A stretch of 64,000 nt of DNA. Origin: the human T2T-CHM13v2.0 reference genome, Homo sapiens. Below the pieces are notes generated by a model. That model worked only from the letters and a program-made list of their open reading frames with translations, searched no databases and was not told where the DNA came from. The stretch is taken from assembly GCF_009914755.1 (NCBI RefSeq), contig NC_060937.1. One strand, 5' to 3'. The translations under genes and the position numbers were made by a program. Each line of letters starts with the position of its first letter. Position 1 is the first letter of the stretch. Shown piece after piece: positions 40,641-54,299 of this stretch.

Positions 40641-41260
40641 TACCTGCAACATTTGCCCTGAAAAATATTCAGATCCTCTGTCACAGCCTATGATATGCCA
40701 TTGTTTTCATATCAAACCAGATTTTATTTAATTTATAGATAATATAAAAATATTTCTTCTAAAGGAGGTTTGTGTACTTCTGTCACCTGTCTCCTTGAAG
40801 AGAACACAGGAACTTATATATGGAAAGATAGTCAATGCTCACAATAAGTTTTTTTCTCCTAACTACTACTTGACTTCCTTTCCTTATAAATGTAATCTTA
40901 TACAATTTTACAAGATACCTTTACTTTAGATCCATGATAGAGAGCATAACTTTATTTGACTATATTCTGGTTTCTATGAAAATATCAACAGAATAAAAAA
41001 ATCTTTAGCTATATTTTTTCAATCATGTTTACAAAATTGTATTTTAATATTGTCCTATAAACTTTGAATGAAGTCACTAACTGAAGAAGCTTATGATTTC
41101 TTCATTTGTTCTGAAATCATTGCTGAAGGCACTATGTATTTCAACAGATAGCAAAGTCTAACCCTTGAGCCTGCAGATGTTTTGTTTGGTAACTAAAAAA
41201 TAATATTTAATTTATATATTATATAAAGTTTGATACAGTCAAAATGTTTTTATATATTAG

Positions 41261-41590
<330 letters not shown>

Positions 41591-41619
41591 TAACATTAAA
41601 TGTAACCCTGATGAAGAAT

Positions 41620-41950
41620 CACTACATATATGTGCATATGTATATATGTGTATGTATAATATATATATTAAAAATTAGATATATGAAAATTAGATATATG
41701 TAGTATGTTTTATAACATATAACCCTAGTGAAGGACTACTACTATATATAAAATTATTTATATAATATATAAAACATTATATATGTAATTGAATGTATTA
41801 AATATATACTATATAATTATATATCATATATAGTTATATACAAGTATATATTATATAATATATAAAAGCTATATTTATTTAGATAAATATATACTTACAT
41901 ATAATTATATATAATATATAAATATGTGTTATATGTAATATATATACATT
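41620..41950. repeat. (TA)-rich low-complexity repeat
   Basis: Directly visible tatata/tataat reiteration. Confidence 0.9.
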
Positions 41951-44900
41951 TAGTCAGGGTGCCATTCCTATCTCATAGGGCCATGACACCCTGCTATCTC
42001 GAGGCAAGCTGCTCTAAACATTTGTGTTACCTGGTTCACTCTTGAAGGTATTTATGCTTCCTGACCTAAGTGTTACTTTGCACGTTGTATTTCTCTCAGC
42101 ACTTGAGTCTTCTAGAACATTATCTTTGCTCAAAAACTGGTACTTTTTTTCATACAGCAGTATCTTCCAAACAGAGTTATGTCAAATTTTTGAAACAATT
42201 ATGCCTATTTATTTATTTACTTATTTATTTACATCCATATGATAAATATATTATTAAAATCATAAAGCATACACTAAAATGAGCAGTAGGATATGAATGT
42301 GTTAAAATAATTGAAAGTGCTAGTATTTTTAAGGCATTCCACTATAAAGATCACTACTCTAAATATTATGATTGCATTTATTTAAACACAATGGCTTCTA
42401 AGGAGCCTGGAGGCAGGAATTGATGGACAATAAAAGAGATTTTTTGACTTGATGTTGACAGTGTTGGTCTTTTGCCTTAATCTTCATTGTCTCCAATATT
42501 TAATTTATTTAAATCTTCCATTATATATGTTTTTTCTCATCTTTTTTGAAAAATAAAAATGTTTTTAAAAAATTATTCAGTCTATTGGATAGAGTACAGA
42601 TATCAAGATATCACAGAATATTAGAGCTCAAAGAATAATTAAATAAACTAATTATGCGGGAAGATAAAAATAATTGCATGTGAAATGTAAATGATATTCT
42701 CAAGGTCACACTCATCCCTATGTAAGTCACATCAAACATACTATAATACATTTGAATTCCACTAGAGTCTCCAATTGGATTTTTATTCCTCAAATTGGCT
42801 AATACTTTTTGAGCCCTTTTTTGAGTAGACTCTAATTTGAAAAGGCTGCAGTCTTTCCAAAATCTAATGATACTTTTGAAAGCATTCTATCAAAGAAAAA
42901 TAGATCTACCCTGCTCATAACTTTCTTAGGCCAAGATGTACACTTTAGTAATTCTTCACTGGAATTATACATAGGAACCATCACCTCAGGAATTTTTTTA
43001 AACTAAAAATACTAGGACTTCTTCTAGAATGAGCATCGCTGTTTGTAGGCTCTTGATATGCATAAAGAAAAAAGAAAGAGGAAAGGAAAGGTTATCAGAG
43101 CAATATATGGGCATTTCAACTTAAGAACCCATTGAATACAAACTACCTGAGTTGATGACTAAAAAGGTGAAATTTAAATTTGTGAAATTTAAAACTCCAT
43201 CCTTAATTAAAGCAACCATAAAAATTGGCAGGTTTAAGTGTGTTTTCTTCATACACAAACAGCCCTCTATTTTCATTCAGTCATTTCCAAATACTTAAGT
43301 GGCTTTGATTTTATTGTACATATCAAATCTTTAGTTGAATAATACATTAGAAGGCAAACATGTCTACCATAATCATTTCAAATGAGCCAAGATTTTATGA
43401 AATCCAAAAGGGAATAGTAATATTGGCTTATGACCAAATAAAATTATAATATAAGTGCAATCACAATTGGCTTTATTTTCATTGCTAAACCCAGATGACC
43501 TATTTGCTTGTTTTTCTAGAGAGTTGGAACTTGGGCTAGGGATCTATCCCAATAAGCCTTGGGTATCCTAACATCTAAACAATTTAATTGGTGTGATTCA
43601 TAAAATGAGATCTAGAAATGAAAATGAATAACAATAACATTTGGTACAGTTCTTTTCATTTTCTAATTACTGTCAAAATAAAGATGTATAACCACACTTA
43701 CATGGATAAACAAATAAGGGATAAATACATTGATAAATTTGAATGGTGATTCCATTGCAAAAATTACTAAAATGATGAAAATTCATTTTCTTTGTTTAGA
43801 CAAATCTGGTACTTATATTAAAATATGCACCAGGGAACATTTTCAAAGCTTTTATGATGTCTTTTATGCTGCTTCACATTTTGATTTTGAGAGGGGAAAA
43901 TTGCCTTGGGGGAGAAATCCTTCAGAAAGAAGAAGAGAGGGAACACAAGGACTCAGGAAAAAAAAAAGAAAAAAAAAAGTTTGCAACTGCAGAGAATGAT
44001 TAGTACAAGGAAAAGGAGGAGGAGACATCTGTTGGTGAAATGATTTTTAGAGATAATTAAGTGCATTCATCCAGAAATAACACATATTATACATCGTTTG
44101 CAGGCACACATGGCTTTACTAAAAACAAGAGAGACTATGAAAGGCCCACAGAAATAATCAGCAGCTTTGGCCTGATGTCACCAGAATGTCAGCCCTCCCT
44201 ATGTGCCCCACCTCAGCCTCCCTAAACCTCTTTCATTCTTCATAATAATATTTATTGCAGAGTATATATGTTATTTACAGAGGTAAGCTGAGTTGAAAAG
44301 TATTGTCAGAAAAGTGTAGCCAGGTCCTTAGGTCTCTTAAGTAGCTTAGATTAATATCCTATTTTAATCTCCCAGAACTTAATTGGATTTCTGGGTATCT
44401 AAGAAAGTCCAAGTATAAAGGATATTTGTGTTCAAAAAAATTGTACGCAGATTTTTTTAAAGAACAGAATAAAGCAATGAACCTGACAGTAATGACCGTT
44501 TTAAAGACTTAATAATAAACTAACCTTAGAAATTAAAACGTTTAGATTTTGCTTGATTCTTGCTTATTTAATCATTTTCCATAATAGAATTTATGCTTTA
44601 TGTCTTGGTATGTGATGCCTTCTTGTGCACAGTTTTGGATATTCTCTGTAAAGTACTAAACGATAGGTCTTAAAATGTAGTTAAATAAATAACAAAGAAC
44701 AAGATAAAAGACACATAAAAGAACTTATCTATATCATTTACCATGCACACAACACCTATAAGGTCATGTTTAGTTTTTAAGTCAACATGAACTTGAAAGG
44801 TTTAGAGCAAAAAATAAATGTAGAAATGAAAATGGAAAGCACTATTTTCTTCTCATTAATTGAGGTTAACTATACAATCAAATAAATAAAATGGATTCTG

Positions 44901-45039
44901 TTTTTCACATAATCATTTGACATTGAGATTTCTAGTGCATGGCTCAGACCTTTTGCCTTTCTGAAACAGCTCCTATCTCTCCTGCAACTTCAGCATACAT
45001 TGAAATTGTAATGATTCTTTAATAACTAGCCCCAGTGTC

Positions 45040-45520
45040 ATCTATTTTAAACTGCTTTAGTGCAAGGGCTTTTAGCTCCAGGTCACTGATCTTCCACAAA
45101 ATAAAACTGATTTTTAAATCATAAAAATATAGCATTGCACATAATGAGAAATCCCAAGGTAGGTTGGGATTCTTCTATGGTTGATTAATTTATTAGCTTA
45201 AATCATTAAGGATTCAGTTTCTCTCCATTTTTCTACTCTGCCATCCTTATAGTCTTAGCAAACCTCATGATCCCAAATGGCTGCCATAGATCCAGGCATA
45301 AAGTGAAAATGAGGCCTTTGAAAAGTCACAAGGATAAAAGAAGGTATGCCCCTTTTCTTGTGTTTGTTTTTAAGAGTGAGGATGAATTTTCCCAGACATG
45401 TCCGACAGAGTCATATATTATTTGCTAGAATTATCACATGGCCATTCACATGACTATCTCTTAAGAGGGTGAATAAAATTACTGTGAGTACATGGCCTTG
45501 GACTAATAAAGATCAAATAG
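45040..45520 (-). mobile_element. MLT1 (J/K-like) LTR fragment
   Basis: tttctactctgccatcctt...cctcatgatcccaaatggctgcc...tccaggcat resembles the MLT1J/K reverse strand. Boundaries approximate. Confidence 0.55.
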
Positions 45521-46800
45521 AAGGTAGCTTTCTGATACCTGAATGGTAGAAGGGTTCTGATGATAAAGACAAATGAAGTGTTGGTGGTACTATTGGATTA
45601 GCAGCACACACCGTCTGCTACAAACACTTTATTTATACCACTTGTATAAACAATCACTCTTGTCCTTGAATAATACTTATTTTGGTAAGAATCATACATT
45701 AATTTATTCAATACGAGGAATTTTAAAGAAGAGACCACATTGGAAAGCTTTTCTTTTTTTAAACGTCCTAACTTAGCTGGATGTAGTTGTTTAATTATAA
45801 TAGGTAGTCAATAAAACTTTTTTGAACGAATGAATACATTTGTAAGTTATTGTTTGGCATGCAGTTTTCATTTGGACACATTTATTTTTAGCTGAAACTA
45901 AATATATTTTTCTTGACTTGGTGAAATGCTTCCTTAACTATATTTTTAGAATGCTTTTTTCCTAAGAAGAAAACATTTCAGTGTACAATTTGCTTCGTAT
46001 AAAAACAAAAAAGGTATTTTTAAACTGCAACTTTTACAAAATAACGTTTAACACTATATAGGAAGACGGAACTTCTTTAAGTTTAATAACGTGATCTCCA
46101 ACTACAGTACATCTGCAATAATTTTAAGTTAACTGCTTTGACGCAATTGGTGTGAATCTTTCCAGAGACAATATAAACACCAAATGTTGGAAAATGACTT
46201 ATGAGTTTTGTCATTTGTCATTAAACAAAAAGGAAAATGTGCTTGGAATAAAAATGAATAGTTTATTTCAATTCTATTATAAAGAAATTCAATTATGGAT
46301 TTAAAAAATGGCACTTTCTTTTAATTGCCATTTCCATAACTTTATCCAGGGTGTCTTTTCTCTAACCTGGACTTAACTCCAGCTGCCTGCACTCTATGCA
46401 CTCCAACTTAGCAACAAAATGCTACTACATTGATTTGACTTTTACACACAGATCCAGTCACATCAACCTCTTATGTAGCATGTATAGATTATACATGATC
46501 TAGAGAATTGAATACCATTTTTCATTGTTCTGATAATGAAGTCTATTCTTAAAATACACCTAACTCAAGTTTTCATCCTTCCCCTTCTGATATCCAAACA
46601 CATCTTATTCTCTAGTCTACTTGTATTAATCACAGATTTCCAAACAAAATCTTTGGTTTCTCCATCTGTCAATATTCTTACTTTACTCAAGATACATCTA
46701 TACAGTTTTACTCATTTGGGAAAACTTTTATTGTATATCTACTGTCATGTAATCTTTCCATCCAATTAATAAGCTTCTATTAATATTTCCCATAAGCCAC

Positions 46801-47252
46801 TGTTATAGTTGAATTGTGCTCTTCCCACCAGAAAGAAAAAAAAATAAGGGATGTTGTAGTCTTAACCCCCAGTAACTTATTCGGAAATAGGAATAGGGTC
46901 TTTACCTATAGGAATAGTTAAATTCCGATGAGGCGATACTGGAGTAGGATAGGCCCCTAATCCAATATGACTGGCACCCTTATAAAAGAAGACACAGAGA
47001 CCACAAGGAGAACACCAAATGAGGGCAAAGGCAAAGATTGAAGTTAGGCAAATGCCAGCAAAAGGATATTAAAGATTGCCAGCAATCTTTCAGGAGCTAG
47101 GAAGAGGCAAGAAAAAGATCTCTCTACAGGTTTCAGAGTGAAGGTGCCCTTGCTGATGCCTTGATTTTGGGATTCTAGACTCCAGAACTATAAAACAACC
47201 AAATGCTGCTGTTTGTGTGACTTTTTAAAGGAAGCCCTAGGGAATTAGTGCA
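46801..47252 (+). mobile_element. MLT1B/C MaLR solo LTR
   Basis: tgttatagttgaattgtg...ccctaatccaatatgactggcacccttataaaaga...agccctagggaattagtgca. Perfect TSD gccac at 46796-46800 and 47253-47257. Confidence 0.88.
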
Positions 47253-47459
47253 GCCACTGAGTAGAGTCCCTATTATTTTATAAATATTCATGGATATCCC
47301 TTCCCTTTTTCTCCTTCTCTCCCCATCCTCCTATTTAAACACAGTAGTATATCATTTTCTTTCTTCCCATTATAAACCATATGCAGGTAAGAACTTTACC
47401 TTATCTTTAAATGTATCACTCATTTTTGAAACTTCTTTAGTGACTTAACAATAATTGTT

Positions 47460-47682
47460 TTTTTTTTTTTTGAAGATTTTGCCTTTATTTTTATTTTATT
47501 TTATTTGATTATTATACTTTAAGTTTTAGGGTACATGTGAACAATGTGCAGGTTAGTTACATATGTATACATGTGCCATGCTGGTGTGGTGCACCCACTA
47601 ATTCGTCATCTAGCATTAGGTATATCTCCCAATGCTATCCCTCCCCCCTCCCCCCACCCCACAACACTCCCCAGAGTGTGAT
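47460..47682 (-). mobile_element. 5'-truncated young L1 (L1PA2-like) 3' end
   Basis: ttattatactttaagttttagggtacatgtg...catctagcattaggtatatctcccaatgc. Lacks the L1HS-Ta ACA diagnostic. 20-bp TSD gtgacttaacaataattgtt at 47440-47459 and 47683-47702. Confidence 0.93.
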
Positions 47683-48384
47683 GTGACTTAACAATAATTG
47701 TTACCTAATTAAAACAAATGAAAACATTCTGAGACAATATTATGATTTAACATTCCTTGTAAGTGCATCCCAATGCTTCAGGCAAACACCTAAAAATATT
47801 TACCAAGTAATTCTGATTTCTTAAATTTTTTCTGCATATCATATGGCATACAAAATCATATACATTCTTACAAATGGTGAATTTCAAGGGCTACCTAACT
47901 TAAAACATACAAATGCAAAGATAAATATTCATTCAATTGTGTAGATAGTAATATAAGTAAACATGTAGTGGTTCTAAAGCCCTTCTATTTAACATTTAGA
48001 ATATATGAGTATCAAGTGGGTAACTGAGAACCAATTAATTGCACATACCTACGTATATATCTGCTTTATATGTATATAAAGGAGGGAAAATAGAATATTA
48101 AACCATCATATATCTATTACTCAATTTGAAAATTATCATCTCAAGACCAGTTTTATTCATGTATGCACCCACAACTTCCTTCACATTCTAGTGAATTATA
48201 AAAATGTGTGTTTGTTTTAATTTTTAAAATTTTCTTTCATCAATCTGTTATCCTGTATCTGGTGATTTTTCTACCTATTAGATGCCCAGAAAACATTTCT
48301 TATAGGTCAATTTAGAATATCAGAATATTTCTGATTGGGATATTCTAAAATGTCTATATGAGAATATTGAGAAGTAAGACTTGA

Positions 48385-48693
<309 letters not shown>

Positions 48694-49399
48694 TAATTAA
48701 GGAAAGTTTGAATGCCAGCAGTGATCTCAATGTGTTCCGTTTTGGGGGGTAAAATGAGGGAAGGAGTGTTGGATTTTCATTTAGTTATAAATAAACAAAG
48801 AGTCCAAAATTAATAGGTGTAAAATAAAAGATTGAAAACCTTTAAAAATTTAAATGGTTCTAAGACAGCTGCTGTAGTCCCCACGGAATTCCTAGCTGGT
48901 CATTAAGCCTAAACTGATCCCCACATTTTACTAATCTGGTGTCAGTTGCAGGGAAAGGGTATCAGGAAAAGTCTAGGAGTCCAGGTAGGACAAAAGTTTG
49001 AACAGGTGAGTGGTGCCAAATTTCACAGGAGAGGATGAATGATAAAGAATAGGGCTTTGAGTATCTGCCCTCTCACTGTCAATAAAGTGCTTGTAAATAA
49101 GAAAATTAATGCGGAACAGATGAAAGGGCCTCACAAGGGTTAGGCAATTCAGACATCATAAAAAATGTGACTGATATTTTGGAATGAAAGCACTGTATAA
49201 CATTCTTTATTTCCAATGCACTTATTTAAAAAGTTCATTTTTTTGCATAATATACAGGTTCTAAACCCTCAGCTTAAAGCTATAATTGCAAACTTAAATA
49301 AAATTTTAATTTAAAAAAATTAAAGTTAATTCAGTATTTTAAAAGTCTTGGCTTTATGATATATAATCTCATGAGAGAAACAGATTTTAAACAAATAAC

Positions 49400-49926
49400 C
49401 AAGGAAACATGTAATTACAGGTAATGAAAATAAGTCAGCAAAATGAAGAGCTTGATAGTAACTTGAGGGAGGACTATTTGACTTAGAATGGTTAAACGCA
49501 TCTCTGAGAAAGTAAATTTGAACAGAGATGTAAATGACAAGAGGCAGTGAAGCACAATGATTTCTGGAGGAATATCTTTACAGACAAAGGGAATGGTGAG
49601 AACAAGGCCCCTAAGACCAAGTTTGGCTATAGATGGAAGAGAAGGAGGGAAGAAAAGAATGTATAGAGTTGAAATCAAGGGCCTTGACAGGGTATTAGGT
49701 AAAGTCAAGTAGATCGTAAAAGGAGTCCCACTTCTAAATTCTTTTGGAAGCCACTTGCAGGGTTTAGAACAGTGGAGCAATATGAACTACTTTCAAGTTT
49801 TACAGGAACACACTGTCACTTTCCTGAACTGACTTTATGTTGTTGGAAGAGTAGATGCAGGAAGACAAGTTTGGCTATTGCAGCAATTCTCGGAGACATA
49901 AAGGTGTTTTAGGCTAGGATAGTGGG
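49400..49926 (-). mobile_element. L2 fragment, continues at about 57427-57720
   Basis: Antisense-L2 motifs (ctctgagaaagtaaatttgaacagaga; ggaagccacttgcagggtttagaacag; ggctattgcagcaatt). The same element resumes beyond the LTR8 (gagaagtcaaggttgac...agcaacctag). Confidence 0.7.
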
Positions 49927-50464
49927 TTAGGGTTCTCTAGAGGGACAGAACTAATAAGAGAGATGTATATAAGAAGGGGAGTTTATTAATGAGTATTGAC
50001 TCACACAGTCACAAGGTGAAGTCTCACAATAGGCCGTCTGCAAGCTGAGGAGGAAGGAAACCAGTCTGAGTCCCAAAATGTCAAAAGTAGAGAAGCCGAC
50101 AGTGCAGCCTTCAGTCTGTGGCCAAAGGCCCAAGAGCTCCTTGCAAATCTCTGGTATAAGTCCACAAGTCCAAAAGCTGAAGAAATTGGAGTCTGGTGTT
50201 CGAGAGCAGGAAGCATCCAGCATGGGAGAAAGATGAAGGCCAGAAGACTCAGTAAGTCCAGTCCTTTCCCATTCTTCTGCCTGCTTTTATTCTAGCTGTA
50301 CTGGCAACTGATTGGATGGTGCTCACCCAGATCGAGGGTAAGTACACCTCTCCCAGTCCACTGACTCAAAAGTTAATCTCCTTTGGCAACACTGTCACAG
50401 ACACGCACAGGAACAATACTTTGTATCCTTCAGTCCAATCAAGTTGACAATATTAACCATCACA
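49927..50464 (-). mobile_element. HERV-L 3' LTR (MLT2A2-like)
   Basis: agggttctctagagggacagaactaat...tattaaccatcaca. The terminal bases at the left end are missing. Confidence 0.92.
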
Positions 50465-51023
50465 AGTCCACCCTTGTCAACTTGAACCCATAAACATCCC
50501 CTGAAATCATACGTAATCTTCAAATAAAGGCAATAATAAGGTCATAATTAGGCCTAGCATAATACAGCTATCCTTTGTACAACCAGAAGCACACTAATCC
50601 TTAACCTAAATATTGTTACACAAAGTTAGCAATACTCAAATGCTGATATGAAGTCAATAAATCGTATGTCACAAGATAAAGGGGAAAGGAAATAAAATGA
50701 AGATATTTTCTTATTACGAGTGTATACATGAACAAACATGTTCTTAACAAAATAAGAGGGAAATACTCATGACAATTACAGTCTTCATTTCTACAACTGG
50801 TCATGTCGTTGTAGCTGGTATTGATGACTACCTTCTTCTAGTACCTATTCTGTATTTCCTTTGCCTTCAGCAAGCATCTCAGCAGGTCATTGTTTTTTAC
50901 CTGGTGAAGTGACCCAAACCTTCATTCCTGAAGGGTCGGGGCCATTTGTAGTCCTGCCTGGATTGGGTTGTTATAGTTTCCCATTGACCTTAATCACAGG
51001 GCATAGTAATACTAAAAGACACG

Positions 51024-51326
51024 CTAAGAGATCTCCTGTATTCCACACTTACTCTTCCTTACCTCCATTGTGGAGTAGTAGACTGATTTCATCTTGATAG
51101 TCCCCAACACTGTAACTCCCTTCTTAGCCTGTTGATTTGAAGGTAGGAAGATCCCAAAGTGGCCAGGTGGCAATCTCAACTTCCAGTTTAATGGAATCAT
51201 TGGCATTCCTCCCTCTGGAACTAAGATCTCTAGGTCAGCAGAAAGTAATGTCATGGAAACAGGAAGCAAAAATTTTGCTAATGGATCACTAGGGATGATG
51301 GTGAGTGGTGCCAATTCCACTTCCAC
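51024..51326 (-). pseudogene. HERV-L dUTPase remnant
   Basis: SADLEILVPEGG..IPLNWKLRLPPGHFGIFLPSNQQAKKGVTVLG lies downstream of integrase, the position characteristic of ERV-L. Confidence 0.85.
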
Positions 51327-54234
51327 CCCCTTGATTCCTGGTCCCGTGAATCCTGGCTATGGGAGAATCAGTACCATATATTGGATGCGGATTCAGAGCA
51401 TACACAGTCTTCTGGAGAACTTTGCCCCAGCCCTGCAAAGTATTGTCATCTAGTTGGCATTGTAATTGTGACTTCAAAAGGCCATACCACCATTCTATCA
51501 ATCCAGCTGCTTGAGGATGATGGGTAACATGGTAAGACCAGTGAATTACATGAGCACGAGCCCATTGCCACACTTCTTTAGCCATAAAGTGAGTGCCTTG
51601 GTCAGAGGCAATGGTATGTGAAATATCATGATGGTGGATAAAGCATTCTGTGAGTCCATGGATGGTGGTCTTGGCAGAAGCATTGCAGGCAGGATAGGAA
51701 AACCCATATCCAGAGTAACTGTCTGTTCCTGTGAGGACAAAGTGCTGCCCTTTCCATGAGGGAATAAGTCCAATATAATCAACCTGCCACCAAGCAGCTG
51801 GTTGATCACCCTGAGGAATGGTGCCATATTGAGGACTCAGTGTTGGTCTCTGCTGCTGGCAAACTGGACACCCAGCAGTGCCGTAGCCAGGTCAGCCTTG
51901 GTAAGTGGAAGTCCATGTTGCTGGGCCCATGTGTAACCTCATCCCTGCCACCATGGCCACTTTGTTCATGGGCCCATTTGGTGATGACAGGAGTGGCTGG
52001 GGAAAGAGGCTAAGTGGTGTCCTCAGAATGAATCATCCTATCCAGTGATTACTAAAATCTTCCCCTGCTGAGGTCACCCATTGGTGAGCACTCACATGGG
52101 ATACAAATATCTTCACAGTTTTTGACCAGAGAGGTCTGCCTACATACCTCTTCTCCAAATTTTGTCACCAATTTTCCAATCATGCTTATTCCAAGTCCCT
52201 GACCATCCAGTCAAACCATTGGCTACAGCCCATGAATCGGTATATAATCACACATCTGGCCATTCCTTCTTCATTGCAAAGTGCACAAACAGATGCACTG
52301 CTCAAAGTTCTGCCCACTGGGAAGATTTCCCTTTGCCACTGTCCTTCAGGAATATTCTAGAAAGGGGCTGTAGTGCTGCAGCGGTCCACTTTCGAGTGGT
52401 GCCTGCATATGATGCAGAACCATCTGTAAACCAGGCCCTCGTCTTCTCTTCTGTTGACTGATCATAGGAAACTCCCCATGAGGCCATTGATGTAGGCTGG
52501 GGGAAAGAAGACAGGGTGGCAGGAGTGGGGATCATGGGCATTTGAGACACTTTCTCATGTAACTTATTTGTGCCTTCAGGACTTGCTTGAGCCTGATCAC
52601 GTATATACCACTTCCATTTGATGATGGAATGCTTCTGTGCACGCCCAATATTATGGCTAGATGGGTCACAAAGCACCCAGTTCATGATAGGCAGTTCAAG
52701 TCACATGGTGACTTGATGACCCACAGTCAAACGTTCAGTTTCTACGAAAGCCCAGTAACAGGCCAAGAGCTGTCTCTAAAAATCACAGTAGTTTTCTACA
52801 GAAGATGGCAGGGCCTTGCTCCAAAATCCTAGAGGCCTCCACTGTGATTCACCTATGGGGGCCTGCCAAAGGCTCCAAACAGCATGGCTATCTGCCACTG
52901 ACAACTCAAGGACCATTTGATCTGCCGGATCATATGGCCCAAGTAGCAGAGCAGCTTGTACAGCAGTCTGGACCTGTTGCAAAGCTTTCTCCTGTTCTGG
53001 ATCCTACTCAAAACTGGCAGCCTTTCAGGTCACTCAAATAAACAGGCCTGAGTAACACACCCAAATGTGGAATGTGTTGCCTCCAGAATCTAAATAGGCC
53101 CACTAGGCATTGTGACTCTTTCTTGGTTGTAGGAGGCGCCAAATGAAGCAACTTATTCTCCACTTTAGAAGAAATATCTCAACAGGCCCCACACCATTGG
53201 ACCCCCTAGAAATTTTACTGAGGTAGAAATTCCCTGTATTTTAGTTGGATTTATTTTCCGTTCCCATACACTGTTAATGGCATGGGTAATTCCCATACAT
53301 TGTCAGATTTATTTCCCATTTCCCATACATTGGTAAGATGCAAATGTCTTACTAATAAGTTCAATGTGTTTGCTACTTCTAGCTCATTAGTTTCAGTCAG
53401 CATAATGTCATCAATGTAATGGACCAGGGTGGTATCTTGTGGAACAGAAAAGCAATCAAGATCCCTGTGAACAAGATTATGACACAAAGCCAGAGAGTTG
53501 ATATATCCCTGAGGTAGGACAGTAAAGGTATATTGCTAGCTTTGCCAGCTGAAGGCCAATTGCTTCTGGTGGGCATTATAGACAGAAATGGAGAAAAAGG
53601 CATTTGCCAAGTCAATGGCTGCATACCAGGTACCAGGAGATGTGTTAATTTGTTCAAGCAATGAGACCACATCTGGTACAGCAGCTGCAATTGGAGTCAC
53701 TGCTTGGTTAAGCTTATGATTGCAATAATCCATTGTCATTCTCCAAGATCCATCTGTCTTCTGCATAGGCCAAGTAGGAGTGTTGAATGGGGATGTGGTA
53801 GGAATCACGACCCCTGCATCTTTCAAGTTCTTGACGGTAGCACTAATCTTTGCAATCCCACCAGCGATGTGATATTGTTTTTGATTTACTATTTTTCTAA
53901 GTAGAGGCAGCTTTAATGGCTTCCATTTGTTCTTTCCCACCGTTTTAGCCCTCACCCTACCAATCAGGGAGCCAATGTGGGGATTCTGCCAACTGCTAAG
54001 TATGTCTTTGCTAATTATGCATTCTGGCACTAGGGAAATGACTACAGGATGAGTCCGGGGATGCACTGTAAGTTGGACCTGAGCTAAAACTCCATTAATT
54101 ACTTGACCTCCATAAGCCCTTACTTTAACTGGAGGACCACAGTGACATTTTGGGTCCCCCGGAATCAATATCAGCTCAGAGCCAGTGTCAAATAGTTCCA
54201 AAAAGTTCTGATCATTTACCTTTCCCCAATGCAC
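51289..54234 (-). pseudogene. HERV-L pro-pol remnants (protease, RT, RNase H, integrase)
   Basis: LFDTGSEL (protease DTG), GSWRMTMDY and [10 protein letters not shown] (RT), [10 protein letters not shown] (YXDD), AWFTDGSA (RNase H), HHPQAAGLIE (integrase). Many stops and frameshifts. Confidence 0.93.
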
Positions 54235-54299
54235 AGTTACCCTGGTAAAAGGCTGGAGGTCTCCTTGGGAAGGATTGGAAAAGATTAACAGTATAAATT

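Noticed and set aside
47345-47386. Plus-strand 42-nt segment between a pyrimidine tract/AG and CAG|GTAAGA
   Set aside because: Isolated signals in low-complexity decayed repeat DNA with no coding support.
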